In this document: positions 12,550-24,912 of the stretch, piece by piece | How positions within the stretch are numbered: the first letter of the stretch is position 1 | Layout of the letters: every line of letters begins with the position of its first letter | Notes under the pieces: generated by a model | The model's database searches: none | Told to the model about the DNA's origin: nothing | What the model saw: the letters and a program-made list of their open reading frames with translations, nothing else | Position numbers and translations under genes: made by a program | Assembly: GCA_003427395.1 (NCBI GenBank) | Contig: BFEA01000023.1 | Span: forward strand, 5,676,945 to 5,740,944 | Reading direction: 5' to 3' | Source of the DNA: Chara braunii | Lineage: Eukaryota > Plantae > Charophyceae | Length of the DNA stretch: 64,000 bases

Positions 12550-15500
12550 CATGCTAAAACCTCAAATTAACAGCACCAGGATCAAAGTTTTGCTTGACTG
12601 TAGGGTCACAAGGAACTTAATTTTTCAAGATTACTGACCTTGAGCACCATACAGGTAGGGAATTCCCAATCTGTCTTAGCCAAGCAAGTCATCAAAGGTG
12701 TGTCAGTCACCTTTGATGACAAAGGGAAAATCTGACATTCCTTGAATTTCTATGTTTTTCCCCATCTTCCCTTTAATCTGGTCCTAAGTCTGCAGTGGTT
12801 AAGGGCTGCTAACCCTTAAATTGACTGGGCTCTGCCCAGTGTTCAATTGAAGAATTTTGAAGGCGAGTTAAGACAATGTGTCTTAGCTATTGACCATCAA
12901 AATAAGACAAGCTGTTACTATCTGAAAGTCAGGAAGTTTTACAACTTGTTTAAGGAAACTGACCATCAGAAACTGTTTATGGCTTATGTCACTCAAACAG
13001 ATTCAGATTCCTCCCCTTCTCAGATTGATCTGTCCATTCAACAGGCGGTTGATGGGTTTTCTGTTTCGGTTCGGGAGCTTACTGGATTGGTCCATAGGCA
13101 AACCAAGCACCATATTCAGATTTCACCTGACTCTACCCCTCCCAAGGGAAGTGTTTATAGGATGTCACCTGCTGAACTGGATGAGCTAAGGAAACAAAAG
13201 GACTCCTTGACAGAGACGGGTTGGATCAGGTCCAACTCATCTGAGTTTAAAGCACCAGATTTCTTTGTTCCAAAGAAAAATTGTGAGCTCAGGATGTGCA
13301 TTGACTATAGTGGCCGGAACAAGATCACTAGGAAGAGCTTTGAGCCGTTGCCTATGATCGATAATCTGTTGGACATAGTGCACAGCAATACCCGGTATGA
13401 CACCTATGAGTTCATAGCCATGCCTTTTGGTCTGTGCAATGCACCAGAAACATTCCAGACTGAGATGAATCGCATTTTCATACCTTTCCTTGTCCGTTTT
13501 GATGTGTTGCACCTGGATGATATTCTGGTACAACAAAGATGCCAAGGAGCATGTAGACCACCTCATGAAGGTTCTGCAGGTCGCGAGGGAACATAAGTAC
13601 AAACTGAATAAAGAGAAATCATTATTTGTTGCTTCCTCTGTATTGTATTCAGGTCATGTGATTTATGCAGATGATCTATCCCTCAAGCTTCTAAAGTAGC
13701 TGTTGTCAGGGAATTAATTACCATAACCAAATATTGTGAGGGACATCAAATCTTTCATGGGTTTAGCCTCTTAGTACAGGAAGTTCATCAGAAATTTCTC
13801 CTCTATCACTACACCCCTGACAAATCTGCAAGCCAAAGACGTTCCGTTCAGGAGGACTGTTACTTGTCAATTAGCTTTTTCAACATTGAAGACAGCACTT
13901 ACCCCGACACCTATGTTGAAACTACCTGACCCTACCTTGCCATTTGTATTGACCACAAATGCAAGTCAATATGATGTCGATATAGTACTTCAGCAAGATA
14001 ATGGGACCGACGTGAAACCGGTGGCATTCATGAGTAAGAAGATAAAAATGCAAAGAATTTACGCATCTCCATATGAGAAGGAACTGTATACTCTCGTTTG
14101 TGTCATTAAACAGTGGAAGCGTTCTTACTTGAGAGACACTAAACCTTCCACCTTCAATGGAGGAAGACCCAAGTTGAGTTAAATAATAAGTTATCGAGGT
14201 ATATGCAGTTCATTGATGGGTTTGACTTTGAACTGAAGCACAAGAAGGGATGCTCTAACAGAGTTGCCGATGCATTGTCTCGTAGACTTGATTCTTTCGC
14301 AGTTATTGCTAATATTTAATATTTTGTTCAATCCACCAGACAAGTCATTGTTGATGCGTTGCCTCAGGATCCAGTCTTTGGCCCCATTCTTAGGAATCTA
14401 CAGGCTGACCTCAATTCTTACTCAGGCTATGCTCTGACTTCTAGCTTGTTGTACATAATCAACGCGGAGGAAGAACATTTGTGCATCCCTAATGATTTTG
14501 CAAGATTATTACTCATCCGATTTCAGAGAGTCATCATGCTCGCAGACACTTTGGGTTCTTAAAAACGTATGTTGCCCTTACCCAATGTTTCTATAGGTCT
14601 AAAATGAAGGACCACATCCTGCATTACTTAGAGACATGTGAATTGTGCCAATGAAATAAGGTCAACAGAAGACCTACTCACACGCTTACCTATCTCTGAC
14701 GGTCCACGTGAGTCAGTATGTATAGACTTCACAAACCTAGGCAAAACCACATCTCGTGGAATGAGATAGGTAATGGTTTGTGTTGATCGATTCTCTTAGC
14801 ATGTTGAGATTATCCCCTTACCTGCTGAGGTCAAACTACCTCTGGTCAGAGAGCTCTTTTGTGAGGGGTAGGTAAATGTCCATGGGTACCCAACCTTCAT
14901 TATCAGCAACAGAGATCCCAGATTTTGCAGCGATAATTGACAGTCTTTCTATAAGGATTACCTACATTCTAGATTGGACATGACCTCTAAAGAACATTTG
15001 GAAGCCAATGGACATGCTGAGGTAATGAATCAAATCTTGTTTCAATTGTTGCGTCCTCTGATCACACCTGGTCAACAAAATTGGGGCATATATCTGTCAC
15101 AAGCACAACTGATGTACAATACATATGTTCATAGCATTACAAGCTTTACACCCTACAGGCTGCACTTTGCAAAAGACCCCAGACAACCTCTTGATGATCT
15201 GAAGGACACCCCAAACAACCTCTAGATGATCTGATTGACAAGTCTTAGCCTAGACTAACTCCTGGCACTGCATAGTTCACCAAGATTTATGAGAAAGACC
15301 TAGAGACTACAGGCTTTACACCCTGCAGACTGCACTTTGCAAGAGACCCCAAACAACCTCAGGATGATCTGGATGATCTACAGGAGACCCCAGACAACCT
15401 CTGAATGATCTGATTGACAAGTCTTGGCCTAATCTAACTCCTGGCACTGCAGAGTTCACCAAGAGTTATGAGAACGACAGAGACTACAGGCTTACACCCT

Positions 15501-16105
15501 ACAGGCTGCACTTTGTAAGAGACCCCAGACAACCTCTGGATGATCTAATTGACAAGTCTAAGCCTAAACAATCCTCACACTACAGAGTTCACCAAGAGTT
15601 ATGAGAAAGACCTATAGAGTACATGCTTTATACCCTATAGGCTGCACTTTGCAAGAGACCACAAACAACCTCTGGATTATCTAATTGACAAGCCTAAGCC
15701 TAAACTAACTCCTGACACTGCAGAGGTCACCAAGAGTTATGAGAAAGACCTAGAGAAAGCTAGAACTACCATGTTCAAGGCCCAGAAGAGGATGATCGAA
15801 CAGGCTAATAAGCATCACTCTCCCTCTACTATTCTGCCAGGTCACGGGGTCTGGGTGAAAATAGGATATTTCAAGAAACTTGTTACCTGTTTACTACGAC
15901 CCATGGCACGTACTTGATACAGTGGGGGCAGATCCATTTGAACCTTCCTATGTGCTTGCTATACCCCCTCATATCAAGAGCTATCCCATCTTCCATGCCT
16001 CAAAACTGCTGCCTTTCACCTCTGCTGTTGCATTCCCTGATAGGCCTCCGTAGTTTGGACCTCCAATCCCTAGAAAGGGATACGAGGTTGAGAGCATCGA
16101 AAATC
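12550..16105 (+). pseudogene. pol: Ty3/gypsy pol remnant (protease, RT, RNase H, integrase, truncated chromodomain)
   Basis: IKVLLDC (PR); VYRMSPAELDELRKQ, FVPKK..LRMCIDY, TRYDTYEFIAMPFGLCNAPETFQ, HLDDILV (RT); LPDPTLPFVLTTNAS, YEKELY (RH); HLEANGHAEVMNQ (IN); GYEVESI (chromodomain). Confidence 0.92.
15140..15760 (+). repeat. Four tandem copies (~135-175 bp) of an integrase C-terminal segment
   Basis: ACCCTACAGGCTGCACTTTGCAAGAGACCCCAGACAACCTC...AGAGTTCACCAAGAGTTATGAGAAAGACC repeated. Confidence 0.85.
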
Positions 16106-16111
16106 AGAGGG

Positions 16112-17228
16112 GTTTCACAATCTTTTGTCTTTCTTCCTCGTTGTTTTGTCCTTTCTGCCTTTATAAAAACTGGTACATCGTAGATCTTCCTTTTTGGGTC
16201 CCTTAGCTCACGTTTTCATCTAGATGCACTTAAGCAGATCTAGATTAGTAGGTCATAGATGTTTGCTGGTGGGACGGTCAGATATGTCTGTAGGTAGCTG
16301 CTGGGTGGTAGGCCTAGGGAAGTCGGGTAGAAGTAGGTAGAGACCGAGAAATCTCCGTTATGTTTTCGACATTTTTTTCCACGAAGTGCTGCTGGAGGTT
16401 GGCACTCAAAGCTGCACTAATTTTAACGCTCGGTCTTCTCCTTCCTCACGAGAAGTGTGCGACCATAGTTGGGGTTACGGGACTCATGCAAGTCTTTGCC
16501 AAGCATTAGGCCCAGTTTTATGGGGCGCTTCTCCATTGTTGTTCTGTCTGTTGGGGTTTCGACAGCTAGCATCGAAGCAACTTCTCTATGCTTGCTTCGA
16601 AGTGGCAAGCCATCATCTTCATCGAGTTGTTGTTCTTCATCATCATCTTGGGAGTTGCGCTCCCCTGCTGAGTGAACACTTCATCTGTTGAGTGGTGCAG
16701 AGAGAGGTGTCGAGCTCAGAAGGGTGTGTGGCGATTGGTAGGCTTCATAGGTTGGGTGGCCATCATCTTCATCGAGTTGTTGTTCTTCATCATCATCCTG
16801 GGAGTTGCGCTCCCCTGCTGAGTGAACACTTCCTCTGTAGTGGGCTTCTTGAGTGGTGCAGAGAGAGGTGTTGATCTCAGAAGGGTGTGTGGCGATTGGT
16901 AGGCCTAATAGGTTGGGTGCCCACAAACACCATAGCTAGAGCTTGAAGAAGAGGGAGGAAAAAAAAGGGTCCCGGATACCGTGGGTGTTAGTAACGTGGT
17001 TGGGATCCTCAGAATCGAAATAAATACTCTTAGATTGATTGGAGGAGGACGAGAGATTGCAGAACTGAAATTCATTTTCCAGTTCTCTGTGTATTTTGAG
17101 ATCCTGCTGTGCATATCTCCTGTCCAATTTTGTGTGCAATTGCCTCCTTCGAGTCTACTCTACAATTGCATGCGTGTATGGGAACGCGTGGATTCGTTGT
17201 GGATTGAAGTTCAATCGGGTACATAACA
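16112..17228 (+). mobile_element. 3' LTR (5'-deleted, with an internal ~150-bp duplication)
   Basis: Direct repeat of 3143-4122. Ends ...ACATAACA before (GA)n. 16610-16760 is duplicated at 16760-16910. Confidence 0.85.
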
Positions 17229-17679
17229 GAGAGAGAGAGAGAGGTGGAGGCTTAGGTTGACCGAAGAAGAGTTTTGAGAAGAGAGGAAGAGAATTCTGGT
17301 CATACAGACAACCTTCAAGGGGAATATCTAACTATTTGTAGTGGACTAAGCTTCTGAGAACCAAAGGAAAAAGAATTTGAAAATCAAGACGCGCCGACCT
17401 TCTACTCTCTGATATTGGCCCCTGGCCATACAACCACTCATATACACACACTCTTCTTTGTCGAGAACTAACGATCCCAACCGCCACATAACACCTCCAA
17501 ACCACAACGATCGTCACCCCACCTTCCCCAAACCCCGCAGTTCTTCGCGGTCAACGATCGTCACCCCACCTTCCCCAGATCCCGCAGTTCTTCGCGGTCA
17601 CCCACAAACAGTCATACAATCACTACAGGCAGCTCGTCATGACTTTACGACTCGATGCTTGCACATCAACTAGCCACGA

Positions 17680-18900
17680 CTTCGCTGAAGCTGGCAGGTA
17701 TATTGAGAGAGAGTTTTTCGGGCTCGCTTGCGGGTTTTATATTTGCGAGGAGGAATAGAATATGAGGAAGAGTGGAGTGGAGATTGGAGGGGGTGAAAAT
17801 TGGGTTAATCGCCCCGGGAAAGCCATACCGATCCCTGCAAGTTTCTTTGCAGCCAATCAGATCACAGTGTGCAGGAAGTATCCTCATTACACGATATCGT
17901 CTGTCAACTCAAAATTTTGAAAGGAGATTGAAGGGGAGTTCCTATATGGGGATGAAGGCAGGAAGGAGGAGCGCGCAAAAAACAGCACGGAGCAGGTCCA
18001 AGATTCAAACGAGTAACGGTGCAACGTGAAGGGGATGGAAAACAGTTACGGGTGTGAGAGAAAAGGCGAGAAGAGGAGGGTAAAAATGGCATGGGTCCTT
18101 GCAGGAAGCGAAAAAAGATTGCATGCATGGTGTCGATGTAGAAAAGAAAACGACACCGAAATAATTAAGCTTCATCCATTCTGGTTCTAAAGCTACTTCA
18201 AGATTCAAAAATTCAAGAGCAGTATCATAACGCAAAAAGGAAGACCGCTTCTGGTCCATACCACGACGCTCCCGTACTGACCAAACCTCTATGGGAGCGG
18301 TTCGTTGCGACCTGGCCAAGGATGATTTTTGGATCCGCTGCTTGAGATTTTGGCGCCAGCTCCCGCTACCAGACAAACCCGGGCCAACCAGGTGGGAGGA
18401 GGTGGCTAGATAACCCTTGTATGGGATCGTAAATATTACGGAACGGAACGGAAGGATATACTGCAGTTTGGACTTCCCCCAGAGCAGTTGGGTCAAGAAA
18501 GCCATACTTAAAGTTTAGGACATCTAGGATTCGAAAAACAAGGAATGGAAAACGGCGCCACATATGAGGACGTTAATGAAGCACTATCACAACATAGAAA
18601 CGAATCTGGAATAACTGATCTTTGCAATCCCCCTGCGTTGGGTGCACATTTTGCGCAAGGGACCGAGGCTGGTGGAAGGGGATTTGGTTGCCGCTCCAGG
18701 AACCCGAAGAGGATAAGGAGCGTTGTAGAGGTAGGCTCGGATGAAACGTTGGTTAATCTTTTCTACAAAGGAACAGGTAGTGTGCGAACTTGATACACCC
18801 CGAACGTGATGAGATGATGGTGGAATGCCGACTTGCATAGGATCCGGGTGTTACAAAATAAGAAAGATTGGATAGCATACTGGTCGGAAACCTGTCTTGC
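17680..18900 (-). mobile_element. Possible highly decayed Penelope-like element (RT C-terminus, Cys linker, GIY-YIG-like)
   Basis: Frameshifted FVTPGSYASRHSTIISS..FVEKINQRFIRAYLYNAPYPLRV resembles the PLE RT thumb region. Further downstream are HCDLIGCKETC, LPHILFLL and SQYTCQLQRS. Weak, by eye only. Confidence 0.3.
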
Positions 18901-19079
18901 AGACCTCCCCTTTGACCCTGAGGAATGGCAGTGGCCCCCTGCAAATCTGGGGTGACTAAGAATGTAATGATTTCTTGCTTGTCTGTGAAGGCCACGTACT
19001 ATTTACTATGCCCCATATTTAACTTGAAAGACATCGTGAACACTCAGTCTCATCTGAATGCGAGGGTCGACGTCATCCG

Positions 19080-19660
19080 CCCGATTCGGTGGTTCACCCT
19101 CACGCGAGCCAGGCCTACAAAGCTGGCCTCGCTGCAGTGGCTGATAGAACACCGCTGCCTCCCCACCAACTGGCTAATAGATCACACATATCTCGCACAT
19201 ATCTGGAACAGAAAGGCACGGTGCTCGCTCCCGTGCTGTAAGTCGTGTGGTGCCACACGACGGTCGGTCCCCTCCCGTGAGATCCCGGAAACAATTGAAC
19301 ACGTATTTTGCAGTGTTCGGGGTTGTCCCTACTTGGCGATGGTGGGACAGAATCTGGAACATGTTGGACACCGGCTCTACCTGGCCATGGGACTTGAGGT
19401 CGATTCTATGCGAGACATCCCCTTCACGCAGTACCTTCGAAAACAACATGTTCAAGATAGGGAGGAGAGCCGTCATGTGGACCATCTGGAGGCAACGCTG
19501 TATACATGCCATGGAGGGGGTCCGCATAGCCGGGGAGGAAATGACGTACATGGTCAAACAATATGTGCACCGATAGCTCACGGCACAATGGCAGAAAGTT
19601 CAAAATCAGCTGGACCTGTTTCAGCTATAAAACAGAATATTCAACAATTTTCAGGAGACA
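19080..19660 (+). mobile_element. L1-clade LINE ORF2 C-terminal (zf-RVT) remnant
   Basis: KLASLQWLIEHRCLPT..CCKSCG..ETIEHVFC..WRWW..MWTIWRQRC. Confidence 0.75.
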
Positions 19661-19861
19661 GGGCATAGAGAACGGAGGTTAGATTGCCTTCGTCAAGTGG
19701 GATGGTGGTTGCGCCCAGGAAGGTAACGAAGGTATCGAGGAATGCATCCAGGGACGATCAAGCGAGGCTATCATATCTGCTTCACAGATTGGACAATGGT
19801 GGACCAAAGGATCCCGTTGCGAACACCCTCAGACTTTCCTGACCCTTTCCCTCCCCATCAG

Positions 19862-20400
19862 CTGTCCATGATGGACACGCCATGTGAAGCGGAGTGAGTA
19901 GGCCAGAAGCATCAACAGATGTAGTGTATCCCAAAAGGTAGGGGGAGGGAGGAACCAGTGTTTAGCAGCAGGTATCTGGCACCAGGTTCAGGGTGAAGAG
20001 GTTTCCCCCCCCAAGATCCTGCTCAGTCAATCCCCTGGACCCCAGGGTAATCAATGCTGGCAGGAGTATCCCGCATCTCTGTTTTTCTGATATGTTCTGA
20101 ATTCTGTCCATGGATGGGACTCTGGACCCATTATCCAGCAGGTGTTGCTCCCTGCCCCAATAGATGGAGAGTGAGTAGGCCAGAAACATCAATATAGGTA
20201 CTGTATCCCAAAAGGTAGGGGGAGGGGAGGAACCAGTGTGTAGCAGCAGGTATCTGGCGCCAGATTCAAGGTGAAGAGGTTTCCCCCCACAAGATCCTGC
20301 TCAGTCAATCCCCTGGACCCCAGGGTAATTAATGCTCGCAGGAATTGTCCATGAATAGGATTATGGACCCGTTATCCAGCAGGTGTTGCTCCCCAGAGTC
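19862..20400. repeat. Tandem repeat, ~2.2 units of ~240-280 bp, carrying structured-repeat copies c and d
   Basis: GAGTGAGTAGGCCAGAA...GTATCCCAAAAGGTAGGGGGAGG...CAAGATCCTGCTCAGTCAATCCCCTGGACCCCAGGGTAAT occurs twice. Confidence 0.8.
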
Positions 20401-20460
20401 CCTCCAATAGATGGAGCCTCCCCGCAGGTTGCTAGCAGCGTCTGCTCTTATCAGCACCAC
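20357..20460 (-). ncRNA. Structured dispersed repeat, copy d (partial copy c at 20116-20169)
   Basis: GGACCCGTTATCCAGCAGGTGTTGCTCCCC...CCAATAGATGGAGC...GTCTGCTCTTATCAGCAC. Confidence 0.5.
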
Positions 20461-20639
20461 TAGCACTAGCGCAAAATTGAGCTCACAAAAATTCTGTCTA
20501 TCTAGCTTCCTACAGAAAATAGGAACAACAAGAACTCAAGCTTTAGAAGAGCTGTTCGGGTTCGAAAGCTGGTACATCACAACCGGAGGACCATCTGGAA
20601 GTTTTGGTTGTAGTAGCTATTCCTGACATGACAAAGTGC

Positions 20640-20950
20640 AAAGGGCAGTAGATAGAAACAATGTTGCCCAGGCTACCTACAATCTGGCATAAAACAGACT
20701 TCTGCCAGCCTCAAATTGACCAATTAATTAAACCAGAGAGGTTGTGAACGCTGTACTGATTTTCATGTGGAAGAACAACCATGAAGACAACGCGTACTCC
20801 CAGGGTACATTGTACAGCCAAAAAGCATGGGAGGCCTCACAATCACTCACCCAAAGGCCAATATCAAAGCAAAACCCTTCCAAATCATTTTCAGATTTCT
20901 GATGGGCAACAATATTCCCTCGGCAGAGTTGGCACCTATGGCACACATTC
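20640..20950 (+). mobile_element. L1-clade LINE ORF2 remnant (post-RT region)
   Basis: Frameshifted NAVLIFMWK...QPKSMGGLTITHPKANIKA parallels KYIWK..LPRKQGGLGVLDPRQQNEA of the LINE at 62.4-63.5 kb. Confidence 0.55.
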
Positions 20951-23187
20951 AACTATTAGATCTGGTCCCAGCTGAGTCTGGTCTCAACCTCGCTCCAGGC
21001 GGGCTGGTTCACCCACTAGCCTGCCTAGTCAGCATCGGTTGTGAATTCCATTATTCCAAGAGACTGCACTGACTGTCCCCTAATCTTGTAAAACGGGATC
21101 TTCTCTACGCTCCGTGGGCCGAATTAACACCCCTTTGAAGGACGATGGCCCCCTCTGAAATGCAAACCAACAACAAGGTGCCATGAGCTTGGGAGGCAGC
21201 CCCTCTATGGCAACCTGCATGGCTACCTTGAAAGAGGATGCCAATCCCTTCTCCCGCCAAAAGAACTCCACCTGGCTATATCATAAATTATGAGATGTTA
21301 TCACTCACACTCACACACTGACTCACTCTGAGTGTAACTCCGCAAACTCTTCCAGACTTCCGTCCGAATGGCATCAACCCATCAGGAGGCTTGTATATGC
21401 ATTTGTGTCTGTGAAAGGGAGAGAGCACAACATGCACGACCATGCATTGAGACAACAAGGTGTTTGTGTATATGCCCATTTAAACTCAGTACAATGTGAC
21501 AATATGAGCAATATTGACATGAAACTGCTTGAGGAAAATGCTCCACAAGCAAACAGAGCGCCAAGGCTCTTCCCAGCACTGGGTCTCAATACCCGCGCAC
21601 TACTTTTTTTCGTTCTGGAGGACCCATCTCCCCATTTCCTGTGACACATCGACCTCGCCCCGCCAGCTCCCCACCCCCTTCTAAAGCCCTTCCCAGAATC
21701 CACATGCCCTACCCACCACCACCCTTTCCCCAATCACAATTAGTGCCACCAAAGACAAAACACTAGCCTTGTGGTCTAGACCCTCTCCGCCTATAAACCA
21801 ACGGAAAGGGTATTTTCAACCACCACTACGTTTCCCGTATATCAGCCGCAGGAAAAAATAGAGTAGAAGCATTCGAGCCGGATGAAAAAAAAGATTAGAA
21901 GCATTCCTAGCTGGATGAATTTGGGCACTCCTGTCGTGGCCCGTTCATTCATCATTGCCGCAGCTTGTTAACCGCACCAACTTTTGCCAAGTACTGGTGG
22001 TTCATGAGAATCCAAAGGAATGACAGAGGGAGAAGACAACAAAGAAACACCTCAACCCATGGAAAAAGGTCTGTTGAAAGACCACTACCTTTGCCATACG
22101 CCGGTCGCGGGCGTCGCAGGCGACACCCCACGAGTTTCGGCCTGGTAAGGCAACAAAGGCCGCCAGCCAGCATTGGACCCGGCCCCCAAAGTACGAGGTA
22201 TAGGTTATATTCCCACTTGGAACTATACCGTGAAAGGCAGTGGCGGTTCAAGAGAATCACACTAGTCCCAAGTGAGAATATAACCCTCAGGCACTTGGGA
22301 CTGCACAATGTAATCAACAACGGAGAAGATAGCAAAGAAACACGACCACTACCCTCAGGCATGCTGGGATATGTCTGAGGGCATACTCACACTTGCCCTT
22401 TACTAAGTGTACTTGACTGCAATTAGGCCACACATCGACAAATCGGACCGCAATCGCAACCAGGGTGGCAGCAGAAAAAGTCATAGTGTATGGTTGAGAT
22501 ATCTTACAGGCCATGGCGAGTGTAGAACTAAATAGTGCAATACAATCCATAACAGTGGCAATTGAGGTGCATTCAGAACCAACCCTCATGCTACCGGCTG
22601 TTCCCTAGCCTGTATCACCCAACTGCAGGTCAGGAGCAGCCCCCTCATGTCCTCTCGTGAACACGGTTCTGGCTGCTACGCAGTTCCCCGTATGCCTACA
22701 ATTAGCAGTAGTGGTAGATAGGTAGTGTAAAGTGAAATTGAGAGAAAATAGTTCCAAAAAAAAAACAAAAAAAAAAAAGCACCACAAAATTGCAGACGAG
22801 AGAGACCAAAGCCAAATCACTGACAGATGTTAGAATTGTCAAAATGTCAGAGTCAGATCGTCACTTGATGAAACAATATTGTCTTCTGATCTCGCGGACA
22901 TTCGCTTTCTTTGGGGGCCGGGGGGGAGGATACGAAATAATCTCTCAGCTTTTGCAAGCAGGTGCACCCAATCCGATGACAGACTAGAGAGAATCAGAGT
23001 CCCTTTCCCTTACCAAGGCTTCAAACGCAGTTCTAGTTGTCAGGCGCAACATCTCGCAGTTCTACAGCAATCATGCCCCCCTGCTATAGTTTTACACTCA
23101 GGGGGCCTATGACTGTGTGACCCATTTCAGGGCCATTTTAAATTTTAATGCATTTTCACTATTTTCTCTACGGAGTCTACTTCACAT

Positions 23188-23276
23188 TCACCCTTCTCAG
23201 CCCTTTGGCTAAGATCGAGTGTAGTATCCATTCCGATCAGTTCAATATATCTGCTCCCATGGTCCATTGAACCATC
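23188..23276 (+). pseudogene. U2: Degenerate U2 snRNA retrocopy (3'-truncated after stem IIb)
   Basis: CCCTTCTCAGCCCTTTGGCTAAGATCGAGTGTAGTATC... matches the U2 5' end, including the branch-recognition GTAGTA. Confidence 0.8.
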
Positions 23277-23488
23277 ATCATAAATGAAAATGAAAGGACA
23301 AATATTTTATGCCTCAGCAATCATGCACAGCTTATGTCAGGGTTTCTGTCAGGGTTCTCTGCGCTGACAGTCATTTCAACCACCACTGCTCCACAGCCTA
23401 TTGGTTTTCCCAACTTCGGAGCACCAGGCCTCAAAGTTCTGGGCCCGCCGATAGCCTGGCCCCACCTACAGAGTGATTGTGTAGTTGC

Positions 23489-23861
23489 GGAAACAGTTCA
23501 TCACAGCCCCATGTTTGTTGTCCTCTTCTCCCTCTACCGGGAAGTTTTATATATATATATATCGTCAAATAGAATATATATATATATATATCGTCACAAA
23601 TATATATATATATATATATCATCACAAACATATATATATATATATCGTCACAAATAGAACTGCCCGGTAAACCGTAGGCAGAGAGAGAGAAGAGGACAAC
23701 AAACGAGGGGCTGTGTATATACATATGTATATGTATGCATATATATCGTCACATATATGTAGACATGTATATATCGTCACAAACAGAACTGCCCGGTAAA
23801 ACCGTAGGCAGAGAGAGAGAAGAGGACAACAAACGAGGGGCTGTGACAAACTGTTTCGTCG
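23489..23861. repeat. Cluster of hammerhead mini-element family A fragments in (TA)n (one + copy at 23489-23548; - copies at 23645-23715 and 23775-23861)
   Basis: GAACTGCCCGGTAAACCGTAGGCAGAGAG..AGAGGACAACAAACGAGGGGCTGTGACAAACTGTTTCGTCG and its inverse. Confidence 0.75.
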
Positions 23862-23868
23862 TAGTGTA

Positions 23869-24323
23869 GGGAAAATTTTCGAAATGCCCCTGAAGTTTGC
23901 ATTAATTTGCGATTTCCCCCTCCGACGGCCGACTGACCCTGATTTGCCCCTGGGCCTCTGAACTTTCGAACAGGCCCCTGTCAGTGAGGGGCACAACTTT
24001 TTGGAATGCCCCTACCGGACAGGTAGTCCTATTTCCCCTGCTGCCTGTCCGATTTGCCCTTCTGTGGGGGATGCATCTTCCTGAGATGCCCTCCACGGGG
24101 AAGGCGCTAAGAATTTGAATTCCAACCCCATACTTTTCCAAGTCCCCGCGCAAAAAAAAAAGGCTGCACACCATGTTGTGTCCGCTGCTGCAATNNNNNN
24201 NNNNNNNNNNNNNNNNNNNNNNNNNNNNNNNNNNNNNNNNNNNNNNNNNNNNNNNNNNNNNNNNNNNNNNNNNNNNNNNNNNNNNNNNNNNNNNNNNNNN
24301 NNNNNNNNNNNNNNNNNNNTCCA

Positions 24324-24391
<68 letters not shown>

Positions 24392-24783
24392 CCTACAGTC
24401 TGGCACAGTCATGACTTTTTTGAGTGTATAGGGAATATGACAACACACAAGCCCGGGTAGCACATCTCCCAGCCTCCCAGGGCCAGGGGAACACCCGCTA
24501 CTGCCAGCAACGACCAGAAGGGCATACCTAAGAGATGTACGGTACCGGTAGGGGCATATGGAAAATTCTTGTGCCTGTACTGAACGGCTATCCGGTAGGG
24601 GCAAACTGGAAATTTGGCACAGGTACCGGTAGTGGCATATTGAAAATGTCTCAGGCCCAAACGACGCCAGGGGTCTTTTGGAAACTTGAACGACTGTCAG
24701 AGGGGCAAATCAGGGTAAGTCAGCCGTCAGAGGGGTAAATCACAAATAAAAGCAAACTTCAGGGGCATTTCGAAAATTTTCCC
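23869..24783. mobile_element. Non-autonomous Mutator-like (MULE) element
   Basis: ~85-bp TIRs starting GGGAAAATTTTCGAAATGCCCCTGAAGTTTGC. The flanks CGTAGTGTA / TATAATGTA form a 9-bp TSD differing only by transitions. Confidence 0.75.
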
Positions 24784-24800
24784 TATAATGTATAATATAT

Positions 24801-24912
24801 CGTCACAAACAGAACTGCCCGGTAAACCGTAGGCAGAGAGAGAGAAGAGGACAACAAACGAGGGGCTGTGACAAACTGTTTCGTCGGAGTTTCACCGACT
24901 CATCAGGAGGCT
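24801..24912 (-). ncRNA. Hammerhead mini-element family A (intact core and stem II; 5' part absent)
   Basis: Minus: AGCCTC-CTGATGA-GTCGG-TGAAACT-CCGAC-GAAACAGTTTG, flanked by TA-rich sequence. Confidence 0.75.

Larger units (their letters stand above)
2785..17228 (+). mobile_element. Decayed Ty3/gypsy (chromovirus-type) LTR retrotransposon with nested insertions
   Basis: Paired LTRs, PBS, and gag, PR-RT-RH-IN order, with the start of a chromodomain (GYEVESI) near 16077. Many stops and frameshifts. Confidence 0.85.
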
